Assembly (NCBI GenBank): GCA_951406725.2
Contig: OX597814.1
Location: 78,554,001 to 78,618,000, forward strand
Length of the DNA: 64,000 nucleotides
Source: Octopus vulgaris
Lineage: Eukaryota
Reading direction: 5' to 3'
The position numbers were made by a program, and so were the translations under genes. Below the pieces are notes generated by a model that searched no databases, had not been told where the DNA came from, and saw only the letters and a list, made by a program, of their open reading frames with translations. Each line of letters begins with the position of its first letter. Within the stretch, counting starts at the first letter, position 1. Below are positions 25,760 to 39,856 of the stretch, in pieces.

Positions 25760-26670
25760 ATATTAAGTATATGATTTAAGTTGTAGAATGAAGTTTGACA
25801 AATTCACTCATATTTTTCGTAAATGGAGGAGATTAGATGTTAATATGGAGTAAACTATTTTTTATTCAGTTTGCTATACGATCGTTTTGCACTGAAAGAC
25901 AATAAATTCATGAGGAATTCAATAAGAAACTGAGTTGTCAAAGAGTACTCATCAGTAGCACAATAAGAAAAAAATAAGAAAAAACGAAATGAAGAAAAAA
26001 GGGGACTTTTGAATTACATGGGTATGCTGTTCTTAACTAATTTTTGTAATGTGCAATTATTCATGGAGTCATATCTATTGGGTAATGGTTAGGCGATGAT
26101 ATATATAATATAAAAACATAGGTAACTTTCTCTCTATAGTTTAGTATAAATGAGCTAATTTAAAACTTCCATATGAGAATTAAGAAGCAAGTTGGGCTGA
26201 AAATAGAATATCCGAATAAAAAAGTACAGAATTTTAAATACTGGAGACTGAAATATATATTTAACCATTAATAATCATTACGGCTTATTTATAAATTAGA
26301 AAAAATGTTTATAGTTAGAAATCACTCGAATAGACTCTTAGAATTATTAAAGAAATGACTACACAAGTTCTTCAGTAGATTTGGCCTCTCTAACACTATA
26401 GAAAACAAAAATTACGCAATTAACTACTTAGACATAAACTGTAACTTGAACACTGGACTGCATGAACAGTATATGAAACAGAACTCCAACTTAAGGTATA
26501 TAAATAACTTCAGTAACCATCCCCAACAAATAAAAGAGCCCTTTTGAGAAATATAAGCAAAAGAATCTCAAATCTCTCCACAAATGAAGAGACTTTTAAT
26601 AAGAAAATGGATAAATATAATACAGAACTAAAAAATGCAGGGTATAAGGATAAAATTAAATATTTTCCCC

Positions 26671-26705
<35 letters not shown>

Positions 26706-27640
26706 AATAATATGAATACTTATGATGCAAATATTTTATATATTTTAGTAGTAAACGCAAATGTAAGAAAGAAGGAATGAATAACATAAGAATTCCTAAA
26801 CAGGCACATGTCATCAGCCCCATAAATTGTGATAACAATAGTGACATTAATGATAGGTATAGCAACAATATTATAATTGATAATAAAAGTAATGGCCCTG
26901 ATAATAACAATAGACCTATGAGCAATAACCCCAATCATGCAAATAAAAGAAACAATACTGTCTGGCTAATACTACCACATATTATACAAATTAAAAATAA
27001 CTTAGTAAAAACAATATTTAAGCTAATTAACAAATATTTTATAAAAGGAAAAAATAAATAAATACTGGGAAATCATTAATAGTAAAACAGTAAGAATAGG
27101 ATATAGTATGATGCATAACCTGGCCACTATCACCTCCTCCATGAATAATAAAAAAACTTGACACCTTCTACTTAAATAGGAAAAATAATAGCAGTAATAC
27201 ACACTAATAATAACAACAATCATAATAATAGTAATAATAATAATAATATTAACACCAATCATAGCAATAGTAATGATACCACACTTAATGACACCCTCAA
27301 TATACATATTAACCATACCATTGTAGCCCCCGTACAACAGTATAGGCCTTGTGATTGCAAAATTAGCAATAATTGTGTAATTAGTAATAATTGCAATAGA
27401 AAAGAAATAGTTTACCAATGTGTAGTGAGTACACAATCAAGTAATAAGGTATATGTAGGGACCACTCAGAACCATATGAAACACAGGCTAAACTACCATA
27501 TGTATACCTTCAGAAACAGGCATAGAAGGAACTCAATGGGATTAAGTAACTATATATGGGACCTCAAGGATAAGAGGTCAATTTACCGGTTAGAGAACAT
27601 TTTTATTTCTACTCCTGCTATTTAATTTTAAATAAAAATG
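25760..27640 (+). mobile_element. Decayed Penelope-like element: RT thumb/linker plus GIY-YIG endonuclease, preceded by an inverted pLTR-like segment
   Basis: YINNFSNHP, ISKRISNLSTNEETFN..Y..EL.NAGY, Asn-rich insertions and KVYVGTTQ..KHRL.YH...F......SMGLSNYIWDLK. Hammerhead motif on the minus strand at 25873-25959. Boundaries approximate. Confidence 0.82.
25873..25959 (-). ncRNA. Degenerate type I hammerhead motif (C3G8; GAAA mutated to AAAA)
   Basis: GCTA-CTGATGA-GTACT...AGTGC-AAAA-CGATCG-TA-TAGC, with palindromic stem III ACGATCGT. Confidence 0.65.
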
Positions 27641-28129
27641 TTCTCTAACTGGTAAATTGGCTGCTGAAATTTATTAACAGCAGAGTAGTTTCTGGCCTCA
27701 GTACGCCAAAGTGAAGACATTTGAAAGATACACCCAAATATAATTTGGAGAACTTTTATACATGCTCTATTTCAGTCAAGCATTCTGTATCTAGTACTGG
27801 AAATTATGTTTTGTAAGTGACAGACTACACTGTCGATCTTGCAGATATCTGCGTGTTTGCATACGTAGATATCAACAAGTGAAACCATGGTATATAATCG
27901 TTTTTTATTTCGTATATTTTCATTTGTCTTGCTCATTTTTCCATTTTGGCGTTTTGCTGAGATTTTTTTGAGAACACACTCTTCATAGTAATGGCGATTT
28001 GACATCTATATTAGGTGTCCACTCCTCTTAATTTTGTATATAACACAATTTTTAATCTTCGGATTTTTTAAATATGCTAAGCCACTGGTTTTAATTAATA
28101 TCAATTTCTACCCTTATTACACACACACA

Positions 28130-29507
<1,378 letters not shown>

Positions 29508-30924
29508 TATATACATATATATATAAATATGTATACACACACACATATATATATATATATATAAATATTAGATAAGGCCGGTTTATGGGATTACCTTAGG
29601 CTTCACGTTCAAAAAGGGCTTAGCTTTATGGCATATCATCAGATACCAAAACCTGTAAGCTAAAGGCCTCCCTGTTGGCTAAATTGGCGCTTCCAGCAAA
29701 TAAATGTTATTCATAAAGCTTTGGTCAATAAGGGATCATAGTAGAAGTCATTTGCACAATGTGGTGAGAGTAGCAGGCTGAACCTGAAACCATGTGATGC
29801 TGAATTTATGTTTTTAACCACAAAACCATGCCTGTGTTCATATATTAAAAAACCCCAACTAAATACAAAATACATAATTATGTATTTTGAATTATTAGAT
29901 AATGATGATCAAAAACAAACAAAAGAATATTAATGGTGGAGGCAAACCATTTAAGTGTGTTTTGCTTACTTATAACTTTAATGAAGTTGTAAAAATAGTC
30001 AATCCTTATCATTATAAGGTCAATGTTTTGCAAAGCTATTATAACATTTATGATTATAAATATTGAATTATTGATCCTGTGCGTGTATTATGCATGTGCC
30101 TATGTATCTTGTACCAAAAGCCAAAATGTGAGTGTCTCTCATGGTAACTAGCACAGTATTGTTTGTTCTAATAGAACATCCACATTTAAGTGGGGATAAA
30201 TATTACTACTTGACATCTACATATATACATGAAGAGTTTCTTTCAGCTTCTGTCTACCAAATCCACTCGCAAGGCTTAGGTCAACCCAGGGCTATGGTTG
30301 AAGATACCTGTCCAAGGTGCCACATGGTGGGACTGAATTTCAGAACCATGTGGTTGGGAAGTGAACTTCTTTCCACACAGTCATGCCTGCGCCTATATGT
30401 ATGTGTCAACAAATATCTAGATACATCCATTTTTCTATACTAGCACGGGTTAGATGAATATATCTATCTATCTCTCTCTCTCTATATATAGTATAGAAGT
30501 AATGGTTGATAGTTAAACGCTCCTCCTATCAATAACCTTTACATGCATTTTAAAGTAAAACATATCCTATTCAATACATATTTGAAAGCAGAAAGCTAGC
30601 AGACAATTTGCTGATTATCTTGCAAAGTGCACAAGATACAAAACTTCATACACACACACACACATAAATGTATGCAGCTTTCATTCTGTTTCCATCAGCA
30701 TTGGCTGATCTAGGACTACAGTAGAGACACTTGCAGTGTCATGCTGTGGGACTGAACCTGAAACAATAACACAACTATATTTGCATCTATACATATGTAC
30801 ATGCATGTATGACATACATACGTATATATGACAGAGGTTAAACTATGATAGGACAGAAACAGGTGTCTTGCAGTAGAGGAGATATATGGTTACCCCAGTC
30901 AGATTAATGTGTGTGTGTGTATAA

Positions 30925-31717
30925 TAATCCTTTCTACTATAGGTACAAAGTCCAAAACTTTTTGTGGGTGGTGTGGTTAGTCGATTACATGGACCCTGCG
31001 CTTGACTGGTACTTATTTTATCAACTCCAAAAGGATGAAAGGCAAAGTTGACTTAGGTAAATTTTGAACTCAGAATGTAAAGACAGATGAAATGCCACTA
31101 AGCATTTTGCCAGGCAAGGTAATGATTCTGCCAGCTCAATGCCTTTGTATATAATAATAATAATAATAATAATAATTATAATAATAATAATGATAATAAT
31201 AATGATAATAATAATGATGATGATGATGATGATGATGATATTGATGATGATGATAATCTTTTCTACTATAGGCACAAGGCTTGAAAGTTTTGGGGAGGGG
31301 TTAAGTCGATTACACAGACCCTAGTACTTAACTGGTACTTAATTTATTGACCCCGAGAGGATGAAAAGCAAAGTCGACCTCAGCGTAATTTGAACTCAGA
31401 ACGTAAAGATAGGTGAAATACCGCTAAACATTTTACCTGGCTTGCTAATGATTTTGCCAGCTCACTGCCTTTGTGTGTGTGTAATGATAATAATAATAAT
31501 GGTTTCAAATTTTGGTGCAAGGCCAGCAATTTCAGAGAAGGAAATTAGTCGACTACATCAACTCAGTGCTTGACTGATATTTATTTTATTGACTCCAAAG
31601 AATGAAAGATAAAGTAGACCAAGGCAGAATTTCAACTCAGAGCATAAAGTCAGATGAAAAGCTGCTAAGTATATTGCCCGGTGTGCTAATGATTCAGCCA
31701 GCTCACTGCCTTTGTGT

Positions 31718-31756
<39 letters not shown>

Positions 31757-31900
31757 TTAATAATAATAATCCTTTCTATTAAAGGTACAAGGCCTGAAAT
31801 TTGGGGAGAGAGGATTGTTGATTACATTATCTCCAGCGTTTCAATGGTACTTAGTTTATTGACCCTGAGAGTATGAAAGGCAAAGCCGATCTCGGCAGAA
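30925..31900 (-). mobile_element. Array of four SINE family C copies (others at 16730-17290, 21535-21970, 53277-53492 and 58948-59700)
   Basis: Reverse complement of the family C consensus, interleaved with (AAT)n, (GAT)n and (TAG)n tracts. Confidence 0.75.
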
Positions 31901-34749
31901 ATAAAAATAAAAACCACAAACTCTAAAAACTATATTCTAAAATGCTTTAACTACATTTAACATTGTAGAAATGTTTAAATGGGAAACAAAAACCCACCTC
32001 CAAAAGAATAAAAGTGATGCAGAAAAGGTACAGATGGCAGTCAAGATCTATAACTAAGGACTGTAGAAGGAAATAGAATGGTTCAAATATGTCATTCATT
32101 AATTACCAGAAGTTAATTGTCATGGAATCTGGAAAAAGTTGGCTTGAGTAAGTTAGCACTAGTAATAAGCAGGTGCATTTAAAATGTCATGCATAAATGG
32201 CAAATAATTCTGAGAAACATATAAAAGAGGGAATTATGGAAAAAACACTAATTCTATCCTCATTATAAAGAGAAATATTCCAAGGGAATGTTCACTCTCA
32301 ACTCATTTTTTGTCTGGCATTAATCCCTTTAAACAACACAAATATTAAATAAGGCTGAACTTGGATACAGATATTATTTGAGAACAATTAACTCTCTTTT
32401 ATATATAAATTACCTCAAGTTTTATTCTGTGGATAGAAAACACCTAGAAACACTGATACATACAATACACAGATTCAGTACAGAGACAGACATGAAATTT
32501 TTCTTAGAAAAGATACGCTGAAACAAGCCTGAAGAGAGGAAGATTAATGAAAACCACAACCATCTTGTTAGATAATGAAAGAAGACAAGAGAATTTCACC
32601 CAACACAAGCTTACAAACAATTGAAAATTAATGAAATTACACAAATATATCTTTTTAATATTTAGAATAGCTAAATCTCACCAAAAAGTGACAGACATCA
32701 ATATATTCTAGCTCTTCCAGTAATGATAAGTTATAATAGGTCACTGCTTCCATAGCTGAATAGAACAAAATCCTTAAGTATTGAGACTTGTCAGTGAACC
32801 ATTTCTTCCAACCTGTGGTGCTTGAGGAGCTGGGCTGCTAACAATGAAGTTCTTGTCATTTTTGGCAGCCCACCTTACTAAGGTGTCAGGTGATACCTGT
32901 GAGGGTATTTGGCTTGCCTCAGTAGGTTCTGTTGACCCTTGTGGTGTGAAACTAATTGAAGCACTTAGTGTTGATTTGATGTTTTTGTCTTTCTTTTCCT
33001 TTCTTTCTTCCTTTTTTCTTTTCTTTTTCTTTCTTCACTCAAGTTCGTGTTTTCTTTGGTTTTGGATTTGTATTCTAATGTGGTTTTGTATTATATGAGA
33101 AGGTGCAGAAAATTTCCTGGTTTTAAGAGTGTTAATAAAGGCCTGGTTGGAGGCCTAGCCTTTCAAGTTCTTTCCCAGGGTTTAGGAAAACAGAAGGACT
33201 ACTGTAATAACTGTGAGAATCTGAGAGGGGAATATGTTAAATAAAATCATAATTAATTGATCCTCCTGTATTTTCTTTTACCCAAAGCAAGGAACTTTTC
33301 AACATTCACTCATATATGCATCATATACATACATGTTATATATGTAATTATTAAAGTATCTAAATTTTTAATATAACAAACAAGAAGCTAAATGAAATAG
33401 TAAGACTACACAGGAAAATCTGAAAAATAGTGGCTGTATTTACAATACACAACCCCAAATCTGACACCAAAAGAATATTTTTTCTATGAATACAAGAAGG
33501 TAAAAGTCTTCTGCAACTAGGAAATTATCTTATAGTGTCTACTGTTGGAGGACAGAAATATTTAGTAAAGAAGGAAGAGGAAACCAATAGAAAGAGCAAA
33601 ACTCTAATGAAACAGAAACTATTTTCTATCTTGAAGGAAGCCAATGAGTATGAAACAGAGTTTAGTTAACAGAGAACAGTGTAGAGGATGAAAAAAAACC
33701 CAGAAATCCTTAAAAAAAAAAATGCTGAAAATATTAGAAAAAGAAAAGTCCCTACGTAGTCAATACTTGACAAAATCAGAGCAAAAATAGAAGTGCAAAA
33801 GACAATTTGGAACTTGTTGAGAAGAGTAGGATTCAAAACTGAGAACGACACAAAACTAAATCCTTCCCTCCAGAACTACTAAAAAAATATAAAGAAATAG
33901 AAAACAAAAAATAACTATGACTATATGTTATCAAAAAACAATTTATTTAATTGTTTGTGGTTGCCCAGTCTTAATCAAAAGGACATGCAGCAACACACAC
34001 ACACACACACATGCACACACACACACACACACATTCTTAGATGCATATATTGATTTGTGAATACAAAATTATACTGTATAATGCCAAGCATGCATATTAA
34101 TGCAAACATAATTTCTTCCACACTGAAATTATTATGACATGAAGAAGGCTGTGAAACAGCTATAATCCTAAGAATGTTGCTTAGTTAAATAAATAAATTC
34201 ACCTTTCATACCCACAGACGTTTTATGGTTTATGTACACCTCACAAAGTAATTTCATCAATTGAATCTTCTGGATTTCAATTACATGGACATTATACATT
34301 ACACTTCTCTGTATTAGATTGCTGTGTGGACTAAAAGCTAAGTCTCATAGAGGAGCTGTCTTTGATAGCCACATGATTCTCTGAATCCATATCTTATGCT
34401 TTAAATTTACACATTCACACATATATAAATACATATATACATATATATACATACACACACATATATATATATACACACATTCACACACACACACACAATC
34501 CAAACAACCTTTGAATGTCACATTGTACTGCTCAGACAACACATGCCAAACAGTAAAGAAAGAAAAGAGTATATTCCATGTATACTCAAAAATTAAAGCC
34601 ACATCATCAGTGTTAGAGAAGAACTACTGTGCAGGTACTCTGAGAATACAACTGTCTCATGTGACCCAAAGGGGGCGGGTTAACCTACCTAAACAGAAGC
34701 TTGGAGGAGAATCAGGCATCATACCAACAAAAAGCAATGCATTGGTACA

Positions 34750-35510
34750 TATCCTATAAGCTAGAGGGCAACAACAGCATTGACAAGAGTAGCTTCTCCT
34801 GGACCTGCAATAGATACATTACATCTTATCTAAAAGGATATGCCTTTGCTACCTGGTAACAGGAGATAGCTATGAAATTCCTGATAAACAAAAGAGACAA
34901 AGATACCATCAAACTTCCATGTTGTGATAAAAAATGTCAGCTCTGCTATACCAGTGTGGAAGATATCACTCACACCATCAGCAGCTGCCCCAAAATGTCT
35001 ACAAGATACTACCTGCCACTGAGGCACAATAAAAACTTTTCACAATGCTATCTGTAAGAAGGACTGCCCTGATGTATACATCAAAGGTGCATCAGAACCA
35101 GCTGGTATTCACACTTTTAAAAAACAAATAGCAGTGAATACCTCAACAAAAACATCAATTCAGTGCAAACATAACAGAACGGATGCTGTTCTATGGGACA
35201 GAGAATAAAAGTCATGTGCTGCTGTAGAGGCCAGCTGCCCAGCAGACATGAATGTACAATCAAAAGTCCAAGGAAAAGAGAACATTTATAGTGAATGCAG
35301 AATTTACAGCTCTTGTATCCTGACTATGAATTCTCATCTGTGCCTATCATCATAGGTTCATTAGATTATGGGCCAACAAATTTGCACAAAAACCTAGGAA
35401 CATTTGGTTTCACAGGAAAAAAGCAAAAGAAACTGACACAGATTCTCCAAATACAATCTATTAGTGGCACAGTGAAGATTTGTAAGACATTCCAGAAATT
35501 CTCCATGTGA
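34750..35510 (+). mobile_element. Decayed R4/Dong-like (restriction-like endonuclease) non-LTR retrotransposon 3' fragment
   Basis: CCHC knuckle CQLC....EDITHTISSC...YLPLRHN, then HNRTDAVLWDRE...VE.SCP and VPIIIGSL. Frameshifts and stops present. Confidence 0.75.
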
Positions 35511-36599
35511 AATTCTTATGTGAATAGATGCACACACTTCAGTGTATGCATTGACAGTTCAACTAACGCACTAACTCAACTACATATTCACAAACATCAG
35601 GAACTCTCTTAATTCAAAAAGACTTGTTGCTTTATTATCAACTAGTTCGAACTCTCTCAAGAAGAACTTAAATTAAACTCAAAGAAAAAACATATATACA
35701 TAGACTCTAATGCAAACATGCTATCTTAAAGATAGCATGTTTGGTAATGACTGTATTTTGTAAACAACCTCTGCAGCCATTCTTTGTATTGTTTACTGTG
35801 GAGTGGCAATAGATTTTCTCCATTTGTCTGTTTTATTGTCTTTTCTTTGGAGTTTATGAACTTTGAATATTATCTGCTTCAGGCATGTAATGTTTCTTTG
35901 TACCAGCTGTCATTGTTGTCTTCTCTGTCTGTGACACTCTCAGGTCTTTTATCTTACCCCTAAACTGATACTGAACTAACTTCTTGTTTACAGTACTTAA
36001 AATTGAAATATAGTAAAGTAAATCAGAAAGTGAAACTGCAACAACTGAAATGAAGTATAAAACTGCAGTGCTGGTATGTTTGCAGCTTCACAAAATAAAA
36101 TTGGGGAAAATTAAACTTTTATGCAAAATTTATGAATTGGAAAGTTTTGCATACACCCATTAATGAAAATGGTATGTTTTTGAAATGATATTGGAAAGAC
36201 AGACAGACAAATTATTTGAAAGGATATTTTGGCAATGTTATACCTGAATGCAATAAACTACAAAACATTTATGATATTGAAGAAAAATGATGAGGAATTT
36301 GTATGATTTGCGACATTCCAGACATGAAATGAGATATTGAGAAGTTGGTATTCAAGTGAAAGCACATAAAACTGTAAGGAAAGGGTCTTTATGTAAGTGA
36401 AAAAGTATGGAGAACCTGAAAATAATTCCTAAACAAATTTGTAGATGACAAGGACAAAATGTAGAAAGCAAATAATAATAAACAGATATTGATGACATGA
36501 AAGCAATTTAAGGAAAATGTTAAATTTCAGATGGTATAGACAAAATTATTGATAACATGAAGAAACTTTAATAAAACATTATCTCTGAGAGGATATCTA

Positions 36600-36670
<71 letters not shown>

Positions 36671-37420
36671 AGCAGAGGGTAAAAAAAATTGTAATAAATA
36701 GGCATTATATTAAAGAAGAATTATGTGGGACATGAAAACATTAAAATTTGTAGAAATTGTTAAATGTAAACTTTAAAAGATAGAGAGTGAAATAATTTTA
36801 TCATGAAATATTTAGAACGATGTATTGTCAGTGACATGGCAGGAAAAGGTAGAAGTGAAACGATAACAAGACTGTTATTAAAGGAAAAATATTGATAACA
36901 TGAAAGAACATAGAAGAAAACTTAAAATGAAACTTTAACAAAATGGTTAGTGAAGTAAAATTTTATTGATAATGTGAAAGAAAGTTTCAGAAAACTCTAA
37001 GTTAAAGTCTCTATATATGCATTAAGGAGAATGATAAATGCGAAAATTAAAGGAAATATACAGGAAAATACTTTGAACTTTGCAGCACTAATAGATGTGG
37101 AAGATAGCAATTTTTTTATTTTTATTTTATGTAATGATGAAGCTACAAGTTATACTGGAGTGGATGTTAGGTGGAAGTAGCCAAAACATGATATTACAGG
37201 GTTGGAACTTTGTACAATGAAAAATCATGCCAGCAATATAAAATAATAACAGAAAATAGCAGAAACATACACCAGAAAAAATCTCAGAGAATGAATGGCA
37301 AAGTGATCTATATGAACAAAGATATTAAGGAAAATTCTCCAACTACATTGCCAAAGACAATTAGAAAAAAGAAGTAACTCCTACCTAATGTATCAATCTG
37401 AATGGACAATAAAATATATC

Positions 37421-37646
37421 TAACCCTTTTGATACCAACCTACTTGAGACAGCCCCTGTTTCAATGATAAAATTTTGCTATTTTAAAATGATTTAAATTG
37501 AATCTTTCCTTCAAAATTCTGTGTTAATTTATGTTCCAAACTCTAGCTTAATAATGACAAAATTATTTTAATAAATTCATTATTTTCAAAATTAATTGGG
37601 ACAAAAGCTACATATTTCAACAGAAATATGGTAATGAAAGGGTTAA
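37421..37646 (+). mobile_element. piggyBac-type MITE (related copies at about 50510-50702 and 53830-54063; similar ends at 12051-12228)
   Basis: TAACCCTTT...AAAGGGTTAA ends (TTAA target, CCC/GGG termini), with a shared internal sequence among copies. Confidence 0.65.
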
Positions 37647-39654
37647 ATGAAATGTAGTCAGCAGAGAAATTTTAAAGATCTGAAATTAGATAACCAAAAT
37701 GAGGAGAGTGAGAACAGAATCAGTTCATATAATTATAGCTGCTATGGAAAAATAATGACTGCATTTAAAATACATCACCCAAAAGCTGACATAGGAAGAA
37801 TATATTTGCCACAACTAAAAAATAAGGACTTACAAACACAGCATCCAGAGTATTTTCAACACTAGAGAAAAACCATATAAACAAAAGAAAACACTGATTT
37901 ATTCAGGGCACGTAAAGCTGTGTGGGATGCTTGATAAAAGCTCAAAATATTTAATATATATGTCAACAAATTAAGATACAATACACAAGACAGTTAACAC
38001 ACTATAATCAAGACAGTTAACATACACATCAATGACTAAAACAGTCAACACCCATGTCTATAACCAAGATAGTTAACAAAGTCATCAATGACAAAGATAG
38101 ATAACACACATCAATTTTGAATTCTGCAATACAATGAAGTTCATCAATGTTTGCCCGGATGAAGCAAAACAGCTTCAATGAAGCTATCCAATTTTAGCAA
38201 GGATAATGCATAAACAGAAACCTAGCTTTTGGGCACTTTTTAATCTTTCCCATTCATGAAAATACTTCAGCCCCAGCATTCAACAACTTGCTGTCTACTT
38301 CAAAAATGGTCAATGAGTTTTCTTCATTCAAGCAATTGTACAGTGAGCATGAAGTTAGACAAGCTGTATCAAGATTGTCTCTCCACAAAAACACTGGAGA
38401 ACCAAAGAAGTTCTCAAGATGTCAAAAGATTGTTTAGGTTGAACTAAATGTATAATGTCTCACAAGAAAACTCTAGAGACCCTGGATAAGATATTGAAGG
38501 ATTTGCATGAAAATAAATCTCAGAAAGCAGTAGATCTCAGTAGTAGTAGTACTGTCAGCTGACTGCCATCTGCTTGTCAGTGATCCAAAATGAACCAAAG
38601 TCAATGAAATCCAGGCTTGTCTTAAATTGTCATTGCTTTGGATCAAAATCAAAATCTTAAAATCGTTTACAAACATATGTGTCAATTGATTTAGAGATCA
38701 GCTAAAAACCATCTTTGCATAGGAATCTCAAGTGCTGAAAGCCCCCATAAGATCACTATTCATGCCTCTATTGGTAAAACCAAAACACAAAGCATGCTCC
38801 TGAGGAGCTGTTAGGATAATGGCCAAAATTGTCGAAGTAATATGGCTACAGATCTAATAATATTTAATCTGGAACTTATTACAACTCTCTATATAATTTC
38901 TTTATGACTGCATGTATTGCAGTTCTGGTATTTGAGTGTGTGGATTTTCCTGGAGTACTCCATTTTCCACATGCTATTAAAATGATTATATTTTCATGAT
39001 ACAGCAGTTTCTGCTAATTTTTCAAATCATTTTAAGAATTAAAGAATTTCAAGAATAAAAAATAACATGTTCATGTTATTTTCAAAATAGTTTCAAAAGA
39101 AATAAAACTGTAAACACATTTTATTATGTCCTTATATCCTTATATTATGTCCCTTATACACATGCACACAGCATATCCTGTGATGTTAAGTAATATGCTT
39201 GAATTATATATCATTTGTCATTTGTACAATTAAATAGCAAAATATACTATTAATACTGAGTATCTCTCAGTAGTACAAATTACTACAAATGTACTGAAAA
39301 ATAATTTAATTTCTTACATGAAAGATAACTATTCAAAACAAATGCAGTAGCATTGTTCTATTAAACTGAATAAGTACTCATTATGAAAAATTCTAGGCCA
39401 TTTCTCGGTATTTTCCAGTCTGGACAATACTGAATATTTTGCAATCTAGCATGCATGTGTGTGCATGTGTGTGTGCATGTGTGTGTGTGTGTGTGTGCGT
39501 GTGCATACATGTATGTGCATATGAATATGTGTTTGTGTATGTGAGTATGTGTATGTGCATATGCTGTGTGCATGTGTATAAGGGACATAATATAAGGCCT
39601 TAGGACATAAGAAGCCAACAGAACATTGTAGAATATGACATTAAAATACATTAC

Positions 39655-39856
39655 ACGTAGTATATAATGGATGCAGCCATCATTGTGTTTGCATAGTGGA
39701 TGTCGTGGAGACTGTTCAAAGCGCTTCTTCAATGATTTTATATATTCTAAGTATTTATTGGAATTATATTTTAAAGGACTTGCTCCCAAATTCTGCTCGT
39801 TTTCACAGTAACTATCCTCTGTAGAGTCTGCATGTTCTTCAGCACCCACAAAGAAT
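39655..39856 (-). CDS. TMEM135: TMEM135 exon (202 nt): FFVGAEEHADS...SPRHPLCKHNDGCIHYILR
   Basis: TTTTCAG acceptor and GTAATG donor. Has the RFxVGxEE start and the PRHxxCKHxxxCIxY motif typical of TMEM135. Confidence 0.9.
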
